Assembly (NCBI GenBank): GCA_011046085.1
Contig: DSBK01000051.1
Coordinates: 1-63,117 of the forward strand
Direction of reading: 5' to 3'
DNA length: 63,117 nucleotides
Source: Actinomycetota bacterium
Lineage (GTDB): Bacteria; Actinomycetota; Aquicultoria; UBA3085; Oleimmundimicrobiaceae
Positions within the stretch are counted from its first letter, which is position 1; each line of letters starts with the position of its first letter. Position numbers and translations under genes: made by a program. Below the pieces are notes generated by a model, which did no database searches, had not been told where the DNA came from, and saw nothing but the letters and a program-made list of their open reading frames with translations. Below, piece by piece: positions 27,510 through 38,776 of the stretch.

Positions 27510-28732
27510 TTATTACCGGTCTTGGGCCGATTGCTCCCGTTGGGATAGGGAAGGAAGCTTTCTGGAAGTCTTTGGCTGAAGGAAAATCGGGAATTGGAAA
27601 AATTACATGTTTCGATACAGAAGGTTTCGGTTCGCGTATCGCAGGGGAAGTTGATGAATTTAATCCAAATGACTATTTGGAAGCAAAAGAGGCACGAAGG
27701 ATGGATAGATTCAGCCAGTTTGCTGTGGCTTCCGCAAAACTAGCTCTCGAAGATGCAAATTTAAACATAACCGACTCTATTGCTGAACGAGTTGCGGTTA
27801 TCGTTGGCTCAGGTATCGGCGGGCTAAAAACCCTGGAGGATCAACATAGAATTTTAATCGAAAAAGGGCCTCAAAAAATTAGCCCTTTTCTCGTTCCCAT
27901 GATGATAACCGATTTAGCGGCAGGCAATATCTCAATTTTTTTTGGAGCTAAGGGCCCAAATTTTTGCACCGTGACCGCTTGTGCCTCCTCTACTCATGCA
28001 ATCGGAGAGGCCTTTGAAGTTATAAAACGAGGTGCAGCTGATATTTGTATTGCAGGCGGAGCGGAAGCGCCCATAACTCCTTTAGGTATCGCAGGTTTTT
28101 GCGCGGCTCGCGCTCTTTCAACCAGGAATGATGAGCCAGAAAAAGCAAGTCGGCCATTTGACGCAAAAAGAGATGGTTTTGTAATTTCCGAAGGTGCTGG
28201 AATAGTAATTTTAGAGACATTGGAAAGCGCCATAAACAGAGATGCCCATATCTATGCGGAGATTGTGGGATATGGAGCCACGGGAGATGCTTATCATATC
28301 ACTGCTCCTGCTCCAGATGGAGAGGGGGCGGCTCGTGCGATGAGAGAAGCCATCGAAGAATCCGGAATGGATTACAAACAAGTAGATTATATAAATGCTC
28401 ATGGAACCTCAACGTTGTTGAACGATGAGTTTGAGACATTGGCCATAAAGAAGGTTTTTGGTGAACACGCTTATAGCTTAACTGTTAGTTCAACCAAATC
28501 CATGACTGGCCACGCTTTGGGAGCAGCTGGCGGTATAGAGATGATTGCGTGCGCTCTTTCCATTGAAAAAGGTGTTATCCCTCCAACCATTAATTACGAG
28601 TACCCTGATCCCAAATGCGACTTGAATTATGTCCCAAATAAAGCGATTGAGAAGAAGGTTATGGTAGCAATGTCCAATTCTTTAGGTTTCGGTGGTCACA
28701 ATGCTAGCATAATGATAAGAAAGATCGGGTAA
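27494..28732 (+). CDS. fabF: Beta-ketoacyl-ACP synthase II
   Basis: [23 protein letters not shown] and NSLGFGGHN (Cys-His-His triad). Confidence 0.97.
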   Translation: MERRVVITGLGPIAPVGIGKEAFWKSLAEGKSGIGKITCFDTEGFGSRIAGEVDEFNPNDYLEAKEARRMDRFSQFAVASAKLALEDANLNITDSIAERVAVIVGSGIGGLKTLEDQHRILIEKGPQKISPFLVPMMITDLAAGNISIFFGAKGPNFCTVTACASSTHAIGEAFEVIKRGAADICIAGGAEAPITPLGIAGFCAARALSTRNDEPEKASRPFDAKRDGFVISEGAGIVILETLESAINRDAHIYAEIVGYGATGDAYHITAPAPDGEGAARAMREAIEESGMDYKQVDYINAHGTSTLLNDEFETLAIKKVFGEHAYSLTVSSTKSMTGHALGAAGGIEMIACALSIEKGVIPPTINYEYPDPKCDLNYVPNKAIEKKVMVAMSNSLGFGGHNASIMIRKIG

Positions 28733-28904
28733 TTTTTTTTGTGAAAGGTTTGAAATAAGACTTAGCTGATGCATTTACCATCTACGGAAGAGTAAAAGTA
28801 TGGATTGCTGAGCCCAAACTTAACGGTGAAGGAATAAGGTTGTCTTGATTGGTTTCAAAAAAAACGCAAAGAGAGCAAAAATATTAAATGATAATGGTGA
28901 TTGA

Positions 28905-29609
28905 ATGCTTATAAAAGACACCGTAGGTAAAGCTGAGAAATATTTGGGCCTCACTTTTTTTAACAAGGTTCTGCTTAAGATGGCGTTAACTCACAGATCG
29001 GTTATTTCTGAATTGCCCGAGGGAGCTGAATCAAATGAGCGTTTGGAATTTTTAGGCGACGCTGTCCTAGAATTTGTAATAACAGACTATTTGTATAATC
29101 ATTATCCAGATCTTGAGGAAGGTGATTTGGCGATGCTTCGGGCAAACATTGTAAACTCCGAAGTGTTGGCAAAAATAGCACGAAATATTCATCTGGGCGA
29201 ATGTATTTTAATGGGGAAAGGGGCTGAAGTCACAGGCGGGAGAGAGCAAGTTTCAATTTTAGCGGACTGTTTGGAAGCTATTTTAGGGGCTGCATGTTTA
29301 GATCAAGATATTAAAAAGACCGAAGAGTTTGTTCTGGGCCTTTTTCTAGAAGAAATCCACGAACAGGCATCGAGAGAAAAATATTTGGATTTAAAAACGA
29401 GTCTTCAAGAACACACCATGAAAAAATTGAAAATGTTGCCTTCGTATAAGATAGTCCGAGAAGAAGGACCTGTTCACGATAAGATCTTTTTTGCGGAAGT
29501 TTATATTGGGGATAAGGTTTGGGGTAAAGGAAGGGGCAAAAGTAAAAAGAGAGCTGAACAGCAAGCAGCAAAAATAGCCTTGCAAGAACTCCAAAAATTG
29601 CACAGTTAA
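28905..29609 (+). CDS. rnc: Ribonuclease III
   Basis: NERLEFLGDAVL signature, and dsRBD with KTSLQE and GKSKKRAEQQAA. Confidence 0.97.
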   Translation: MLIKDTVGKAEKYLGLTFFNKVLLKMALTHRSVISELPEGAESNERLEFLGDAVLEFVITDYLYNHYPDLEEGDLAMLRANIVNSEVLAKIARNIHLGECILMGKGAEVTGGREQVSILADCLEAILGAACLDQDIKKTEEFVLGLFLEEIHEQASREKYLDLKTSLQEHTMKKLKMLPSYKIVREEGPVHDKIFFAEVYIGDKVWGKGRGKSKKRAEQQAAKIALQELQKLHS

Positions 29610-29735
29610 TCTTTTTATTAATTAACAAAAAAGTATTTAAAAACTTATCATTGTTGAGTTAATATAAATATAATATAAAATTAAAAAAGTATTGTCGGGG
29701 GCAATGCTTTTATTGTTCAAAGGAGAGGTGAAAAT

Positions 29736-30464
29736 ATGGAGACTCCAAAGATTGCAATAGGCAACGGTTTTGCATTTACAAATGCTCAAGAGCTTTCGAA
29801 CTGGGCCAATCTTGCAATCGATTGGAATTTAAATCCATATCGATTGCCCCTACTCAAAGACGAGGTGGCTGCTCTTTTAAAAATGGCAAAAACTCGACGG
29901 GGGGATATTGAAATTAGATTTTGTTGCTCCGATCCGAAGATAGACATATCGCATCAAGATGAAAGATTGAGTGATATGTCGGAAAAGATTTTACAATCTT
30001 GCATCGAATATATAGGAGAAATGGGTGGAGGTTATTTTACAATTGGTCTTCATTTTATTTCTCAAGACTCGTGGGAACAAGTCACAAAAAAATTAAAAAA
30101 ATTGGTCGATTGTGGGAACAAAAATGGGGTTGTTGTTTGTGTTGAAAATATATCGTCAGGACCTTTATCTGAACCGAAGCGATTTAAAGAATTATTGGAT
30201 AAAACGGGAGCCATGGTGACATTCGGGTTATTTAATGGCGAGAGCTCATCTGAGTTTTTAGATCTTTTAAAAATGGTCTCCGATAGAATCGTAAACGCTC
30301 ATCTTCATAACCGTACTTTTTCAAAAGATTCCTTAAAAGATATTTTAGATGCCTTGTTGGAGACGGGGTGTTCATGGTGGAGCGTGGACTTGAGCGGGAT
30401 CGATGAAGTAAAGTCTTCGAGGGAGTTGCTTGGCCGTTTTTTGAAAGAAAAAGGTTACGCTTAA
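29736..30464 (+). CDS. Xylose isomerase-like TIM barrel protein with degenerate metal site
   Basis: VVVCVEN and IVNAHLH segments recall the sugar-phosphate isomerase/AP-endonuclease-2 barrel. Strong RBS GGAGAGGTG. Confidence 0.55.
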   Translation: METPKIAIGNGFAFTNAQELSNWANLAIDWNLNPYRLPLLKDEVAALLKMAKTRRGDIEIRFCCSDPKIDISHQDERLSDMSEKILQSCIEYIGEMGGGYFTIGLHFISQDSWEQVTKKLKKLVDCGNKNGVVVCVENISSGPLSEPKRFKELLDKTGAMVTFGLFNGESSSEFLDLLKMVSDRIVNAHLHNRTFSKDSLKDILDALLETGCSWWSVDLSGIDEVKSSRELLGRFLKEKGYA

Positions 30465-30521
30465 AGTTTTTTAAACATATTCATGTTTCATAAAGAAAAT
30501 ACGGCAAGTAATTTTACTTTA

Positions 30522-30548
30522 AAAAGACCGCGGCAAAAGCGGTCTTTT
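30522..30548. terminator. Intrinsic terminator (bidirectional shape)
   Basis: AAAAGACCGC-GGCAAAA-GCGGTCTTTT perfect 10-bp inverted repeat. Confidence 0.8.
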
Positions 30549-30647
30549 GCATATTATTTTCCAAAGTTCAGCATCTCTAAAATTTATTCACCCCTTATTG
30601 TAACTGTGATAAAATATTTCGGGGTTTTAAAGGAGGATTTTTGACTT

Positions 30648-33600
30648 TTGTACCTTAAATCACTGGCTATCCGAGGGTTTAAATCATTTGCCGATAAAAC
30701 GACGTTGAAATTTGAGCCCGGAATAACCGTTATTGTTGGGCCTAACGGTAGCGGAAAAAGTAATATTACAGATGCTGTTCTTTGGGTCTTAGGGGAACAG
30801 AGTGCCCGATCTTTAAGAGGGGCAGCCATGGAAGATGTAATATTTACAGGAAGCTCAACTCGCTCACCCCTTGGGATAGCCGAGGTTTCTTTGTGTCTTG
30901 ATAACTCCGATGGGCATCTTCCCATAGAATACTCCGAAGTAGTGGTCACTCGCAAGATGTCACGGTCGGGAGAGAGCGACTATTTTATAAATGGCTCTTC
31001 ATGCAGGCTTCTTGATGTTCAAGATATATTATCGGACACGGGGCTGGGAAGGCAGACCCACTCAATTATAAGCCAGGGGAAAATTGAGGAGATATTAAAC
31101 AGCAAACCTGAAGATAAACGATTTTTAATAGAAGATGCTGCCGGGATCCTAAAACACAGAAAACGCAAGGAAAGGGCCTTGGGAAAACTTGTGGCAATGG
31201 ACAGAAACCTCACGAGGATAAGAGATATTCTCCACGAAGTTGAACGACAGCGTCAACCGCTTAAAAAACAAGCCATGCAGGCCGAAAAATCATTGAAATT
31301 AAATCGTCAATTAAAGGACACAGAGATAGGTTTAGCCGTTGTCGAACTCAAAGAATTCCAAAATTTTTGGGAAAAAGCATTAAAGCAAGTAAATTATTTA
31401 AACAATGAGCTTTCTTCGCTTAAGAAAAAATCGACAAAGAAACAGTACGAGATGAATGAAACTCAATCAAACATTGAGGCAAAGGGCGATTATGTCGGTG
31501 ATATTGGAGAACATCGACGTCGGTTAAAAGGAATTATTGAGAGATTAAATTCGGGGCTTCTGCTCTTAGAAGAAAAAGGGAAACATCTTATAGAAAAGCT
31601 TAGCGATCTTCGGATGCAAATTTATAAGGCTGAAAGGCAAATAAGCAATAAATCAGATGAACTTGATGAAGTGAAATTAAAAATACTTAAATATCAAGGC
31701 GCTATCGATGAATTGTTGGATAAGATTTCTAAAACGCAAAAAAACGAAGAATCCATACAAAAGAAGATAAAAAGGACTGACGAGAGTCTTAAAGATTTAA
31801 AAGAGAATAGAAACAAGAAGTTCAAACAGTTGGAGATCGATGAAAGTGAAGTCAAAAATCTATCAACTTGTTTACATACGACAGAGGCTGAAATTAAGTA
31901 TATAGAAGAAAAAATTTCTTCTTTGGAGAAAGAAAAAAATGCGTTAGCCCGTCTTTTAACCGAAAAAGGTGAAGAAAAAACGCTTATAGAGTCAACGATG
32001 AGCAAATTAATGGACTTTTTCAATAAGAAAAGGGACGAAATTTCAAAAAAATTAGCAGAATTAGATGAACTAACAGCTCAAGTAAACGAGTCTGAAGGAA
32101 AAATCTTCGGAATAAAAACAAAAATTTCTGCACTGGAAGAAGTCGAAAAGAAATTAACTGGATATCCTGAAAGTGTAGTGTGGCTGACCTTCGAGAAAAA
32201 AATACCAGGGTTGGTGGGTGTCGCTGGAGATTTAATCGAAGTTAAAAAAGGGTATGAGAAAGCAATTGAATCCGTGTTAAGCGAACACGTATATAGTGTA
32301 ATAGCCAGAGATATTGAAACGACCGTCAAGATTGTAGATATGTTAAATGAATCAAGTCAGGATTTAACATCCATTATTCCTCTTGTTGGGCTAAAAACAA
32401 AATTTGATAATTTGCCAAAAGACTCAGGCGCTACGTTGGCAACAGATGTTGTAATGGCAGATGCAGAAATTGAAGCTGCAATTAAATCACTTCTAGGAAA
32501 TGTTTTAATAGTAAAAACTCTTGACGATGCTCTTGCTATGGCAAATAAAGACGTAGGCAACCGCGTCTTTGTTACCTTAAATGGTGAGGTTATTTTGCCC
32601 CAAGGGATAATAAAAGGAGGTAATTTAGGCTCGGCAAATCCACTTTCTCGCAAAAGAGAGCTTGCCAAATTAAAGAAGGATGAAAAAACCTTAAATGTAA
32701 ACTTCGAAAAAATGGGAGATAAAATTCAAAAATTGCGGTTGGTCTTGAAATCTCTCAACAAAGAAAAGGATTCCCTTGAGGAAAAAATAAGAGTTACGCA
32801 AATTGAAAAGCAAAATATTGTAAGTGATTTATCATATTCTAAAAAAAATGAGACTGAAAAGATTAACGAAATAAGAAGGTTCTCGATTCAAGCTGAACTT
32901 TTAAAAAAGAAAGTTGATTTGAAGAAAGAAAAAATCAAAAAACTGGACGGAATAAGCAGTTTGCTAAAAAAAGAGATTGCTTCGATAAACAGTTCCATCG
33001 CTAAGGCAGAAGACGAGAAACAAGAATGGTTAACTAAAAGGAATAAATTGATTGGGGAGAAAGCGAAGCTTGAAGCCGAAAACGAATCACTTCTTGGTCA
33101 ATTAGAATTTGTAAAAAAACAACACGATACTATTTTAGCGGAGGTTAATGAATTTGATCTCACATTAAAATCTGAACATCAAACGGTTGAAGCTCTTGAA
33201 AATCTGAGAGCAAGGATACAACCTCTTCACGAGCTATTTTCCACCTTGTATAACAAGGCTGAAAATTGGGATGAGAAGCTGTTGTCTTTAACAACAGACG
33301 AAAAAACCGATACGAAAAAATTGCGTGAAAAATATAAATTCTTGCAAACAGAAATTACGGAACTGGCTGAAAAAATTGATATTATTCAAGACGAAATCAA
33401 AGAAATTGAGGTGAACCGTGCGCAGCTGCAGATTAAGGTCCGAGAACTAACCGAAAAAATTATAAACGAATTTGATGTCCCGATTGAAAAAGCCCTGAAA
33501 ACATATTCTAACGAAGGACCAAAAGAAGAATATGAAGAAAAGATAAAAAAGATTAAAGCAAAGTTGGTCAACTTGGGTCCCGTAAACTCAATTGCCGTTG

Positions 33601-34205
33601 AGGAACACCTGGTATTAGAGAAGAGATATAAGTTTCTGAATGATCAGATCGTTGATTTAAAAATGAGTCGAAAGACTCTGGAAAAAATCATTAGAATAAT
33701 TGAGCAAAAAATGAAAGATAGGTTTTTGGAAACTTTCAATGAGATAAATCTTCATTTTCAAAATATATTCTCATACTTATTTCCTGGGGGGAAAGCGCAA
33801 CTTATATTGATGGATGAAGATAATCTTCTTACAACGGGTGTAGAAATTGAAGCTCATCCGCATGGCAAAAGACTTCAAAGAATGACACTTTTATCCGGCG
33901 GTGAAAAATCACTTGTTGCGTTAACGCTACTTTTTGCAATATATCAAATAAGTCCGAGCCCCTTTTATATACTTGACGAAGTTGAGCCTGCTTTAGATGA
34001 CGCTAATTTACAGCGATTTATTATGCTTCTTAAAAAAGAAAAAGATGGTACGCAATTTATAATAGTTACACATCAAAGAAGAACCATGGAGATAGCTGAC
34101 TGTCTTTATGGTGTAACCATGCAGGCGGAAGGTGTCTCAAAACTTGTTTCTCAAAAGATGAGTGATTTGGATGAGACAAATCAAATTAGCCAAGCGGGAA
34201 GGTAA
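30648..34205 (+). CDS. smc: Chromosome segregation protein SMC
   Basis: Walker A GPNGSGKSN, long coiled coils with central hinge, LGPVN, signature LSGGEKS, Walker B ILDEV and ITHQ-like VTHQ. 1185 aa, followed by ftsY. Confidence 0.96.
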   Translation: MYLKSLAIRGFKSFADKTTLKFEPGITVIVGPNGSGKSNITDAVLWVLGEQSARSLRGAAMEDVIFTGSSTRSPLGIAEVSLCLDNSDGHLPIEYSEVVVTRKMSRSGESDYFINGSSCRLLDVQDILSDTGLGRQTHSIISQGKIEEILNSKPEDKRFLIEDAAGILKHRKRKERALGKLVAMDRNLTRIRDILHEVERQRQPLKKQAMQAEKSLKLNRQLKDTEIGLAVVELKEFQNFWEKALKQVNYLNNELSSLKKKSTKKQYEMNETQSNIEAKGDYVGDIGEHRRRLKGIIERLNSGLLLLEEKGKHLIEKLSDLRMQIYKAERQISNKSDELDEVKLKILKYQGAIDELLDKISKTQKNEESIQKKIKRTDESLKDLKENRNKKFKQLEIDESEVKNLSTCLHTTEAEIKYIEEKISSLEKEKNALARLLTEKGEEKTLIESTMSKLMDFFNKKRDEISKKLAELDELTAQVNESEGKIFGIKTKISALEEVEKKLTGYPESVVWLTFEKKIPGLVGVAGDLIEVKKGYEKAIESVLSEHVYSVIARDIETTVKIVDMLNESSQDLTSIIPLVGLKTKFDNLPKDSGATLATDVVMADAEIEAAIKSLLGNVLIVKTLDDALAMANKDVGNRVFVTLNGEVILPQGIIKGGNLGSANPLSRKRELAKLKKDEKTLNVNFEKMGDKIQKLRLVLKSLNKEKDSLEEKIRVTQIEKQNIVSDLSYSKKNETEKINEIRRFSIQAELLKKKVDLKKEKIKKLDGISSLLKKEIASINSSIAKAEDEKQEWLTKRNKLIGEKAKLEAENESLLGQLEFVKKQHDTILAEVNEFDLTLKSEHQTVEALENLRARIQPLHELFSTLYNKAENWDEKLLSLTTDEKTDTKKLREKYKFLQTEITELAEKIDIIQDEIKEIEVNRAQLQIKVRELTEKIINEFDVPIEKALKTYSNEGPKEEYEEKIKKIKAKLVNLGPVNSIAVEEHLVLEKRYKFLNDQIVDLKMSRKTLEKIIRIIEQKMKDRFLETFNEINLHFQNIFSYLFPGGKAQLILMDEDNLLTTGVEIEAHPHGKRLQRMTLLSGGEKSLVALTLLFAIYQISPSPFYILDEVEPALDDANLQRFIMLLKKEKDGTQFIIVTHQRRTMEIADCLYGVTMQAEGVSKLVSQKMSDLDETNQISQAGR

Positions 34206-35105
34206 ATGTTAGATAATTTAAAAGGTAGTTTGAGAAAAAGCAGAGAGGGTTTCGCTAAACAGATTTCCAGCTTGTTTGGCGCCTCATCAATCGATGAAAG
34301 TTTCTGGGATGAAATGGAAGAAATATTGATACGGGCGGACGTTGGAATTCATGCGACAACGCAAATTATAGATAAGCTTAAAATGCGAGCAAAAGAAAGA
34401 AATGCCAAAGAAGCCGAAGAAATAAAAGAACTTTTTAAAAGCGAAATGGTAGAGATTTTAACCGTTGAAAATGGAAATTTCATCAATGAGGATTCCTTAA
34501 ACGTATTGCTTCTGGTTGGGGTAAATGGGGTTGGTAAGACCACCACAATTGCTAAAATGGCTTATAAGTTCATTGGATCCGACAAAAAAGTGCTTTTGGC
34601 TGCTGCCGATACCTTTAGAGCCGCCGCTATAGAACAGCTGCAGGAGTGGGGCAAGCGCCTAGGTGCGGATGTTGTCAGACATCAAAGGGGTGGAGATCCT
34701 GCCGCGGTTGTTTTTGATGCGATAAGCGCGGCGCGAGCCCGGAATATGGATATCCTTTTAGTTGATACTGCGGGCAGACTTCACACTAATGTTAATTTAA
34801 TGGAGGAATTAAAGAAGATAAAAAGAGTTGTTTTAAAAGAGCTACATGTGGATTCGGTAAAAATTGGTTTAGTTGTAGATGCGACGAGTGGACAGAATGC
34901 TATTTCTCAGGCGCGGCTTTTTAACGATGCCCTTGGACTTGATTTTGTGGTCTTAACGAAGTTGGATGGTACGGCTAAAGGTGGTATAGTTGTTGCTATA
35001 GAGGATGAATTTAAGATACCCATTTGGCTTATCGGTACAGGTGAGGGTTTGGATGATTTAAGACATTTTAATCCTCAAAAATTTGTTGAAGCTCTTTTTG
35101 GATGA
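34206..35105 (+). CDS. ftsY: SRP receptor FtsY
   Basis: GVNGVGKTTT, ADTFRAAA, DTAGR and TKLDGTAKGG motifs. Confidence 0.97.
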   Translation: MLDNLKGSLRKSREGFAKQISSLFGASSIDESFWDEMEEILIRADVGIHATTQIIDKLKMRAKERNAKEAEEIKELFKSEMVEILTVENGNFINEDSLNVLLLVGVNGVGKTTTIAKMAYKFIGSDKKVLLAAADTFRAAAIEQLQEWGKRLGADVVRHQRGGDPAAVVFDAISAARARNMDILLVDTAGRLHTNVNLMEELKKIKRVVLKELHVDSVKIGLVVDATSGQNAISQARLFNDALGLDFVVLTKLDGTAKGGIVVAIEDEFKIPIWLIGTGEGLDDLRHFNPQKFVEALFG

Positions 35106-35114
35106 CAAACAAGT

Positions 35115-35143
35115 TTGAAAGTCATTTTATCCTTTTGTAATAT
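35115..35143 (+). promoter_or_regulatory. Putative sigma70-type promoter of ffh
   Basis: TTGAAA, 17-nt spacer, TAATAT. Confidence 0.5.
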
Positions 35144-35174
35144 TTCAATTCAGCAGTAAAGTCTGGGAGAATAT

Positions 35175-36518
35175 ATGTTTAATAGTTTGTCTTCAAAATT
35201 ACAAAATATTTTTTCGAAATTAAAGGCTTATGGAAAGCTTGGCGAGAAGCAGGTTGAAGAAGTTTTAAGAGAAATACGTCTTGCTCTCTTAGAGGCAGAT
35301 GTCAACTTCAAAGTGGTTAAAGATTTTATTTCTAATATTAAGGAACGCGCTGTGGGTGTTGAGGTAATGGAGAGTCTTACGCCCGCTCAACAAGTTGTTA
35401 AAATTGTCAATGAGGAGTTGACAAAACTTATGGGTGGCGTCTCTAACAAGGTGACCTTTGCCTCAAAACCACCCACCATCTTCATGCTCGTTGGGCTTCA
35501 GGGTTCAGGAAAGACAACTTCGAGCGCAAAGTTTGCCAATTATCTTAAAAATATGGGCAAAAAACCATTTCTTGTAGCGGCGGATATATATCGGCCAGCA
35601 GCGATTGAGCAACTTGAATCTTTGGCTAACGAGCTTGGCGTATCTATTTATTCAGATAAAAAAAGCGGAGCGTGTAAAGAAATTGTCCGCGCGGGCATTA
35701 AACAAGCCATCAGAGAGGGAAGCGACGTTGTTGTGGTCGATACCGCGGGAAGGCTTCATATTGATGAAGAAATGATGAAAGAGGCACGGGAAGTCAAAGA
35801 AGCGACATCGCCGCATCAGGTATTGTTGGTTGTCGATGCCATGACGGGGCAAGATGCAATAAATGTTGCGGAATCCTTTAAAGAAAAACTCGGTTTTGAC
35901 GGTATAATTTTAACAAAACTAGATGGTGATGCGAGAGGTGGGGCAGCGCTTTCAATAAGAGCGGTTACTAAAAAGCCCATAAAATTTATTAGCATGGGTG
36001 AAAAACTCGACAGCTTGGAAGTTTTTTATCCCGACAGAATGGCAAATAGAATTTTAGGAATGGGCGATGTTCTCACTTTAATTGAAAAAGCGGAAGCGAC
36101 CGTTGATTTAGATGAGGCTGAACGGTTGGTAGAAAAAATTCGCAAACAAGAATTTTCATTAGATGATTTTTTGGTTCAAATGCAGCAGGTTAAAAAGATG
36201 GGCTCTTTAGATCAAATTTTAGGAATGTTGCCAAAAATTCCAGGGATGCCAAAGTCGGCGGTAAGCAATATTGATGAAAGACAAATAAAAAAAATTGAGG
36301 CAATTATTACCTCAATGACTTCGGAAGAGAGAGGGAACCCAAAAATTATCAATGGCAGCAGGCGGTCACGAATTGCCAGGGGAAGCGGAACATCTCCGGG
36401 CGAGGTGAATAAATTATTAAAACAATACTCTGAGACAAAAAAAATGATGAAGAGATTTAGTAATTTTGGCCCTCGTGCTAAAATGGATAAAAAAATTTCG
36501 CCCTTTTTCAATTTTTAA
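35175..36518 (+). CDS. ffh: Signal recognition particle protein
   Basis: [31 protein letters not shown] and Met-rich M domain with [11 protein letters not shown]. Confidence 0.97.
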   Translation: MFNSLSSKLQNIFSKLKAYGKLGEKQVEEVLREIRLALLEADVNFKVVKDFISNIKERAVGVEVMESLTPAQQVVKIVNEELTKLMGGVSNKVTFASKPPTIFMLVGLQGSGKTTSSAKFANYLKNMGKKPFLVAADIYRPAAIEQLESLANELGVSIYSDKKSGACKEIVRAGIKQAIREGSDVVVVDTAGRLHIDEEMMKEAREVKEATSPHQVLLVVDAMTGQDAINVAESFKEKLGFDGIILTKLDGDARGGAALSIRAVTKKPIKFISMGEKLDSLEVFYPDRMANRILGMGDVLTLIEKAEATVDLDEAERLVEKIRKQEFSLDDFLVQMQQVKKMGSLDQILGMLPKIPGMPKSAVSNIDERQIKKIEAIITSMTSEERGNPKIINGSRRSRIARGSGTSPGEVNKLLKQYSETKKMMKRFSNFGPRAKMDKKISPFFNF

Positions 36519-36532
36519 GAGGAGGTGAAGAT

Positions 36533-36808
36533 TTGGCAGTTAAAATTCGACTAAGCAGAGCGGGTAGTAAAAAGAAGCCATTTTATAGAGTGGTAGCGAC
36601 TGATTCCAGAATGCCAAGAGATGGAAGATTTATAGAGATTGTGGGTCGTTATAACCCAACAACGGAACCATCCTTTATAGAGTTTGACAAAGAAAAGGTA
36701 TTTAAGTGGCTTGCTTGTGGCGCACAGCCGACAAATACGGTTGAGAAGCTTTTAAGTGTTGTTGGAATTAGAGAGGAATTCGAGACCAATAAGTCCAAGC
36801 TCAGGTAG
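36533..36808 (+). CDS. rpsP: 30S ribosomal protein S16
   Basis: [10 protein letters not shown]...[23 protein letters not shown] start after GGAGGTG. Confidence 0.98.
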   Translation: MAVKIRLSRAGSKKKPFYRVVATDSRMPRDGRFIEIVGRYNPTTEPSFIEFDKEKVFKWLACGAQPTNTVEKLLSVVGIREEFETNKSKLR

Positions 36809-36821
36809 GGAGGTAATTGTA

Positions 36822-37052
36822 GTGAAGGAATTATTGCAAACTCTTGCTCAAGCCCTTGTTGATAAACCCGAAGAGGTTAAAGTAAGTCAGATTGATGGTG
36901 AGAAGTCAGTTATATTACAACTTCAGGTGGCTTCAGATGATGTGGGCAAAGTTATTGGAAAGCAAGGACGGATTGCTAAGGCGTTAAGAACAATAGTTAA
37001 AGCATCAGCCACAAAGGAAGGGAAAAGAGCGATAGTTGAGATACTGGACTAA
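36822..37052 (+). CDS. khpA: KH-domain RNA-binding protein KhpA
   Basis: DVGKVIGKQGRIAKALR. GTG 36822 after GGGAGG is preferred to the track's 36756. Confidence 0.93.
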   Translation: MKELLQTLAQALVDKPEEVKVSQIDGEKSVILQLQVASDDVGKVIGKQGRIAKALRTIVKASATKEGKRAIVEILD

Positions 37053-37077
37053 AAATAGTAAATTTGAGTGATAAATA

Positions 37078-37590
37078 TTGAAACCTACCACTTTAACTAT
37101 CGGTAAAATTGTTGGAACGCATGGGATAAAAGGTGAAGTAAAAATCGTAAGCTTAACAGACTTTCCTGCTCGCTTTAGAGCTGGTTTGTCTGTTTTTATA
37201 TCACCACCTTTGCCGAATAATGCCAAGTTAGAAATCGAACGAGTTAGGATTGGGTCTAAAAACATCCTAATTAAATTCAAGGAAATTGATGATTGTGCGT
37301 TGGCAGAAACTCTTAGAGGGTCATATTTGCAAGTTTCAACAAAAGAGGCCCAATCTCTTCCAAAAAATACATACTGGGAACACGAGATAATTGGTTTAGA
37401 AGTGATAACGATAGATGATGAGATTATAGGAAGAGTTACCGATATATTGAGAACTGGCAGCAATGATGTATATGTTGTAACTTCAGAAAAAGGCGAACTC
37501 TTAATTCCGGCAATAAAGGAAATTGTAAAAAAAATCGACTTGAAAAATGGTTGCATGCTAATAGAACCGATGCAAGGCTTGTTGGAGTGA
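37078..37590 (+). CDS. rimM: Ribosome maturation factor RimM
   Basis: GKIVGTHGIKGEVK, YWEHEIIG, GSNDVY and LIPAI motifs. Confidence 0.96.
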   Translation: MKPTTLTIGKIVGTHGIKGEVKIVSLTDFPARFRAGLSVFISPPLPNNAKLEIERVRIGSKNILIKFKEIDDCALAETLRGSYLQVSTKEAQSLPKNTYWEHEIIGLEVITIDDEIIGRVTDILRTGSNDVYVVTSEKGELLIPAIKEIVKKIDLKNGCMLIEPMQGLLE

Positions 37591-37597
37591 TTAAAAA

Positions 37598-38347
37598 TTG
37601 CAAATTGATGTAGTTACCATCTTTCCTGAGTTTTTTGATTGTTTGTTAAAAGAGGGAATGATATCGGTTGCTGTTAAAAAAAATATCTTAAAGATAAACG
37701 TCCACAATCTGAGAAATTTTACTCATGACAAGCACAAGCAAGTTGATGATACGCCCTATGGGGGCGGTCCAGGAATGGTTATGAAACCGGAGCCATTTTT
37801 TGAGACAGTTACCTCAATTACTCAGTGCAATTTAAAGGAATTAAAGAAGTCTTTTAGAGTTATTTTATTTACGCCACAAGGTAAATTTTTAGAGCAAAAA
37901 AATGTTCAGGAATTCGCCAAAGAAGAGAGAATGATACTGTTGTGTCCGCGTTATGAAGGTATTGATGAGCGCGTAAGAGAGCATTTAATAACCGATGAAA
38001 TCTCAATTGGCGACTTTGTGGTGTCGGGAGGAGAATTCCCTGCGATAGTTTTTATGGAGGCAGTAACCCGCATGATACCAGGAGTGCTCGGTGATGAGCT
38101 ATCTCTTGTCGAAGAATCTTTTTCTGATGGATTGTTGGAATATCCTCAATATACCAGACCGCGCAAGTTAATAGATTGGGAGATTCCTGAAATTCTTTTA
38201 AGCGGGAATCATGCAGAAATTAAAAGATGGCGACGGAAGGAAGCGCTTAAACGAACAATGGAACGACGGCCGGATCTTATAGAAAGAGCATCCCTAACTG
38301 ATGCAGATAAGAAATTGCTGCGTGAAATCAAGAAAAAAATTTATTAA
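37598..38347 (+). CDS. trmD: tRNA (guanine-N1)-methyltransferase
   Basis: [37 protein letters not shown] and YPQYTRP motifs. Confidence 0.97.
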   Translation: MQIDVVTIFPEFFDCLLKEGMISVAVKKNILKINVHNLRNFTHDKHKQVDDTPYGGGPGMVMKPEPFFETVTSITQCNLKELKKSFRVILFTPQGKFLEQKNVQEFAKEERMILLCPRYEGIDERVREHLITDEISIGDFVVSGGEFPAIVFMEAVTRMIPGVLGDELSLVEESFSDGLLEYPQYTRPRKLIDWEIPEILLSGNHAEIKRWRRKEALKRTMERRPDLIERASLTDADKKLLREIKKKIY

Positions 38348-38372
38348 ATCATTAGAAACTAGTTCTACGCTG

Positions 38373-38381
38373 TGTTATAAT
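38373..38381 (+). promoter_or_regulatory. Extended -10 promoter element of rplS
   Basis: TG-T-TATAAT, with TTAGAA 18 nt upstream. Confidence 0.5.
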
Positions 38382-38409
38382 TTCAAATTGTTGTTAAAAG
38401 GAGGTAGTG

Positions 38410-38754
38410 ATGCATAACATAATTGAGGCATTAGAAAAAGAACAGGTTCGAGACGACTTGCCTGATTTTCGCGTTGGCGATACGGTAAATGTTCATTTAA
38501 AGATCGTTGAGAGTGGAAAAGAAAGAATTCAGGTTTATAAAGGTCTTATAATTCGAAAACAAAACGGTGGCGCTAGAGAGACCTTTACGGTTAGGAAAAT
38601 CTCTTTTGGCGTTGGTGTAGAAAAGACCTTTCCTGTTCATTCTCCAAAAATTGCTAAGATTGAAATTTTAAGCAGGGGCCACACTCGCCGCGCAAAACTT
38701 TATTTCCTGAGAGAAAGAGTGGGTAAGCGCGCTAAGCTTAAAGAAAAAAGATAA
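38410..38754 (+). CDS. rplS: 50S ribosomal protein L19
   Basis: [30 protein letters not shown] and RRAKLYFLR motifs. Confidence 0.98.
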   Translation: MHNIIEALEKEQVRDDLPDFRVGDTVNVHLKIVESGKERIQVYKGLIIRKQNGGARETFTVRKISFGVGVEKTFPVHSPKIAKIEILSRGHTRRAKLYFLRERVGKRAKLKEKR

Positions 38755-38776
38755 TAATCATAGGGGTTTTAGATGT

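Noticed and set aside
28739-28757. Partial Rex-like operator TTGTGAA-N4-TTGAAAT
   Set aside because: The right half-site matches poorly, and the site lies downstream of the redox genes rather than upstream.
28763-28774. 12-bp exact match TAGCTGATGCAT shared with intergenic 13348-13359, in the 172-nt fabF-rnc gap
   Set aside because: Flanks do not align further, there is no palindrome or ORF, and one 12-mer match in 63 kb is compatible with chance.
30648-34205. SMC as part of a Wadjet/Mks or SbcC defence or repair system
   Set aside because: Canonical hinge-containing SMC in the conserved rnc-smc-ftsY context, with no jet/mks partners adjacent.
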